Source: the human T2T-CHM13v2.0 reference genome, Homo sapiens
Assembly (NCBI RefSeq): GCF_009914755.1
Contig: NC_060925.1
Reading direction: 5' to 3' (one strand)
DNA length: 64,000 nt
Part shown: piece after piece, positions 59,399 through 64,000 of the stretch
Numbering within the stretch: position 1 is the stretch's first letter
Layout of the letters: every line of letters starts with the position of its first letter
Made by a program: the position numbers and the translations under genes
Notes under the pieces: model-generated
Databases searched by the model: none
What the model saw: the letters and a program-made list of their open reading frames with translations, nothing else
Told to the model about the DNA's origin: nothing

Positions 59399-61506
59399 TG
59401 TTTTAAAAATTATCATTTGCTTCTTTATAAAGCAGCTGTAGTTTGGGAAAAGAGCACCTGATATAAAGTCCAACAGGTAGGATTTTTAATACCAGCTCTT
59501 CTACTTCTAGATGTATGAAATGGAACAAGGCTCTTTATCTTCATTAGCCTCAATTTCTCCATTTGATTGAAGAGACAATAGTATTTAACTCAACAGATGT
59601 TTTTAATTCAGTGGGATGCTTCCTGAGAAAGAGCAAAGTTCAGAAACTAACATATGATAGAGCACTAAAAATATATGTGTTGGGTCTGAACTACAACTCT
59701 GGGAGGTAGATATTTTATTACTTCCATTCCATAGAAGAGGAAAGAGAGGCTCAGAAAAGTAATGTTGAATTCTTTGTTCGACATTTTTCAGCTAGAAAGC
59801 AGAAGAGAAGAGGCTCAAATCCTGACTACTGATTTTGAATCTTCTCTTCTTTCCACATGCCATGTGCTTCTTTTTGTAAGTTTGCCTTGGGTCACTCCTA
59901 AAGAAAGAATCATGAATTAACTAAAAGGTGCCTGAAGATGTGGTTTGGATCCCTTCAGAGAAAGGATCAAAACTGGTCATTCAGCAGGTGAGAAGCCTAC
60001 AAGGTAAAGCCCCCACTCCTAACACCTTAGCGGCAGACACCCCGTAGTCTGGCTACTACCTGCTTCTCTATGTGCTTACCTACCACTTCATCATCTTGTT
60101 ATTTGAGCTCCAATCATACTACACTTGTGCTTCCCAGAATATACCTGCTCTTTTGCATTCCACTTGGCTTGTTCATGCTGCCTAAACCTGACTTTCTTCT
60201 CCCTACCATTTCTCACCAAGGTAATTATTACTTTTCTGTCATGACTCAGTTTAGCTGATGCCTCCTGCAAGCTTCCTCTGACATTCCTAGACCAGGTTTA
60301 AGGAACTCCCTCTTTGTTGACATAGCAACCTGCCCAAACCTCTACTATGGTACTGAACACACTGAAGTACAGGTTTTGGTTTGTATGTCTCCCCATCTAC
60401 ATAGCTGTTTCTTATGGAAATGTTGCTGCAAGAAACAGAAGCCTATCGAATTCTCTTAAGACCTCACTGAAATCTAAAAGCAAAAATGAACAATCAGGTC
60501 TCAAGAAGGTCAAAAATAAAGCCTTCCCAGAGACCTGAGCAACACAGATGGACATCTGTGTTCTACCATTTACACAACTCAGGGGCCAACTCCCTTACCC
60601 TTTATTCCTTTAATTCGAACTTCTGAGAAATATAAACTAACTGCACTGGGCCAGATGTCTAACTATGAACCAACAGCTGTGTCCAGAAGAGGGGATAGAC
60701 TATTATGAACATGGACATCTGACCCATGCCCTTATCAAGAATGTGGGGCATTTCTGTGAAGTAGTGTGCAGGCGGAACAGGGCCTCTGATCATGTAACCT
60801 AGAATTGGAGAACTGAAGAATAGGGACAATCTCTTAGCCATCTCTATATTCCCATTGGCTAGCACAGTGAGAGAACATCGTAGGCACCCTGAAAATATAA
60901 ATAATGGGAGTGATGACTTTTATCATTTAGAGAGCCAGCAGCACTCCATGAGTCCAGCTCCCTTCTCTCCAAATAGATGAGACCTTGAGTTAGGAGAGAT
61001 TAATTTCATTTGGCCATCAGGCAGGAGTGCTCACTTGGCAATTTTTAAATGCAAATCCAATTGTGGATTGCTCACAAAGTAATTCTGCTTATTTTCTCCT
61101 TTTTTTTTTTTGAAAGAATTGACTAGGATGCAATTACAAGGGATAATGACCGCCACCAGTTATATTAAAACGTCAGATATAAAGTACAAGTAATTACCTG
61201 CCCTTCAAGAAAATCTTGATGTATGGACCCCCAAAGTCATTATACAGTCCATTCATCAACATTTATTCAATACCCACCATGTATACAATATTGTACTAAA
61301 TGCATAGGAAGCTTGCAAAGGAAAGTGAAAACCAGCTTCTCCTCTTAGAAAGTATAGAAAGTTCTGCTCTGGAATAGGTTGTTTGTGACCAGGGAACAGA
61401 TTATAGTTAACCAATTCACACTGTAGTCACATAGTATACTTTGGTAAATGTTTGAAAGGGTAGGGAGATTTAGCTTGAAGAATAAAACATTAAAGAGAAA
61501 AGCAGT

Positions 61507-62630
61507 ATTCATTCAACAAATACTTATTAAGCAAGAATTATGCACCACTCATTGTTCTAGGTACTTGGTGTATTCCTGTGGCCCTTGTATTCTTTTGCAG
61601 AAAGGCAGATAATAAACAATCAAATAAACATGATAATTTCATAATAATATTTATAGTGATAAGAGCTACATGGAAACTCGAAGAAGATGCTGCAATAAAA
61701 CCAACATATTGCTTTAAAGTATAAGTCCTCACTTAACATTGTTGATAGGTTCTTGGAAACTGCAATGTTAAGTGAAATGATGTACTGTATGCCATAGGAA
61801 TCTAACTCTTTGTAAAACTGGTTTTGTTATACAGTACATTGTCTCACTTAAAATCACAGTTTCCAAGAACACTACTGACGATGTTAAGCGAGGATTTACT
61901 GTAGCTGCTTTAGATAGGGTAGTCAGCGATGGATGCTCCGAGCTGACTCCCGCATAAGGAGGAACCAGCCATGAAGAAGTTTCTAGGCTCAACAGCAAGT
62001 GCAAAGTCCCCAGTAAGTGAATGAGCTTAGTTTTCAAGGATCAGAAAAAAGACACATGCAGCTAGGATGAATTACTGAGTAGAAAAGTGATAAAGATGGA
62101 TTCACAAAATTAGGCAATCATCAGCCCGTGTAGTTTGCAGAACACAGTAAGAAGTTTGTATTGTTTCTTAAATGTAATGAAACATCATTGAAGGGCTTTA
62201 AGTAACAAAATGACTTGACATAATTTTAGGAAGATCACTATGACTATCTTGGGGAGAATAGATTGTGGATTGTAAGGATTCAAAAATCCAAGCAAGGACA
62301 AGATCTGGATGTCTCATAATAGTCCAGGAGAGACATAATGGTGTCTTGACCTAGGGTGGTGATGGGGAGAGGTTGACAGAATCAGGATATATTTCAGACT
62401 TACATGTGGATAGGATATGATGGAAGGAGAAAAAAATCATGGAAACATTTTAGAATATGAACTTAAATAACTGAATAGGGAGTGGCGCCATCAATGACAA
62501 TGGAGATGATTTTGGTGGGGGAATCAAAAATTTGTGTTGAGGCAGGAAAAGTTTGAGATGCCAAGTGGAAACGCCAAGTGACAGCTCAGATAAAAGCCAA
62601 GGTCAAGTTATTGACATGTAGATGTATGTA
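61507..62630 (-). mobile_element. L2 interrupted by a Tigger MITE
   Basis: ttcattcaacaaatacttattaagc...aagtttgagatgcc. Confidence 0.7.
61718..61901. mobile_element. Palindromic Tigger-type MITE (MER6B/C-like)
   Basis: ~70 bp inverted arms taagtcctcacttaac... / ...gttaagcgaggatttactg|ta. Confidence 0.75.
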
Positions 62631-62822
62631 AAGCCACGAAAATGATAACTATCTTCAAATGCTTGCTGCAAAAGGAATTAGATATATTTGTAGTTGCTTG
62701 TGGCAATGATACCCAGACATTGGTTGCTTGATAAAGCATTTTGAAATTTTAGATGTCCTGGTTTCATTCCAAGCTTTTATGACTCAGTAGATTTGGGATT
62801 TTTATTCATGGTTCAGTAAGTG

Positions 62823-62858
<36 letters not shown>

Positions 62859-62914
62859 CAGTGAGAGAGAGAGACAGTGAGAGAGAGAGACAGTGAGAGA
62901 GAGAGAGAGAGAGA
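62823..62914. repeat. Compound (TG)n(AG)n microsatellite with a 16-bp higher-order unit
   Basis: cagt interruptions at 62859, 62875 and 62891. Confidence 0.95.
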
Positions 62915-63206
62915 ATCACTGTTTTACAGGGAAGATTCAGGATAAGTGAATAAAGTTAATATCCTCTGACCCTTTGGTGAGAATTGCAGGAGCAATTTTA
63001 GAATCCCTGCATTAATAGCAGAGAGCTTGAACTAAAATACACTTTGGATACCATTTCTTTGTCTTGGTTCTCCAGCTTAAAACACTATTTTGGCAATTAC
63101 TCTGCAACTTATTCTATAGCATGCATGGCCACCCCCAGATACTCTGTATCCCTTTTGTACACCTTTTCCATAGGTAACATGATAGATTTATGCAAGAGTC
63201 CTAATG

Positions 63207-63420
63207 CGGAGTTAGCAAACTCTGTCGAAAGGATCAGAGAGTAAATATTTTAGGCTTTATGGGATATATGGTCTTGTCACAACTATTCAACTGTGCTCTC
63301 GTAGTGGAGAAAAAAGGCAATAAGTAAATGAATGAGCATGGCTATGTTCCAATAAAACTTTATTTAAAAGATCAGGCATGGACAAAGATTTGACCTGTAG
63401 GCCATAGTTGCCAACCCCAG
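63207..63420. mobile_element. MER58A (hAT-Charlie)
   Basis: gtaaatattttaggcttt...gttccaataaaactttattta...tagttgccaacccc. Confidence 0.85.
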
Positions 63421-64000
63421 ATCTAATGTATGGTGCTGGGTATGAGAAAAGTGCCTAGCGGTAGCCCTTATGTACAGATGATCTCTAAAGCCTGGATTTA
63501 GTTGGAGCACTTTGCCAATGTTCTTGAACAAGTACTATATTTTATATGATTTTGACAACACAAAATAAGAAAGCAGGATTAGATAGGCAAGTTCAAATTG
63601 AGGATAAAAGCTGATATTGCTCTTTCTGCATATTATGAGCTGTGGATTAGCACTGTATTAGAAAAAAGTTTGAAACTGGGAGGTGATGTACTACTTAGAC
63701 ATGCTGCTCCTTAGTTATGTGGCTCAGGCAAGCTACTTATCTTTTTTAAGTCCAAGTATTTTTTTTCCATTAAGTCTACATAATAATATAACATATCTTA
63801 CTGGCTTCTTGTGATGATAAATGATACAATAAGTGAAAGACACAACATAGTCCCTAACAGAGCAAATACTCTAAAGTCATAATTAGATGCAGATACAATT
63901 GTACACTTAAATATGGAAGGACATAATTATTGGTATATGAAGGGACATAGGAATAAATATAGACATGGATGAATGGTGAAATCATAAGCTAGCTCCTGGT

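Overview
This is AT-rich, repeat-dense hominoid (human-like) genomic DNA of intergenic or deep-intronic type. Alu, L1PA2-L1M, MaLR/ERVL/ERV1 LTR, MIR, L2 and hAT/Tigger elements are all present; subfamily names are recalled from consensus sequences, not searched. No host protein-coding gene, RNA gene or CRISPR array is supported. The only ORFs with recognisable protein content are broken LINE-1 ORF1/ORF2 and ERV-L gag/pol relics. I found no convincing new biological system. The notable signals are structural: (1) a TSD-flanked, twin-primed L1 with a nested L1PA2, a ~490 bp deletion and a fold-back (1677-5264); (2) an ERV-L/HERV16-like provirus scrambled by nested inversions (25157-27180); (3) a templated insertion replacing an Alu tail, copied from 2 kb upstream (45526-45610); (4) an L1 with 143 bp of foreign sequence inside its apparent TSD (52153-52975); (5) inverted Alus 50 bp apart; (6) a few unique blocks with candidate lncRNA exon or enhancer signals, best a minus-strand terminal exon with a CpG cluster at ~31018-31240.
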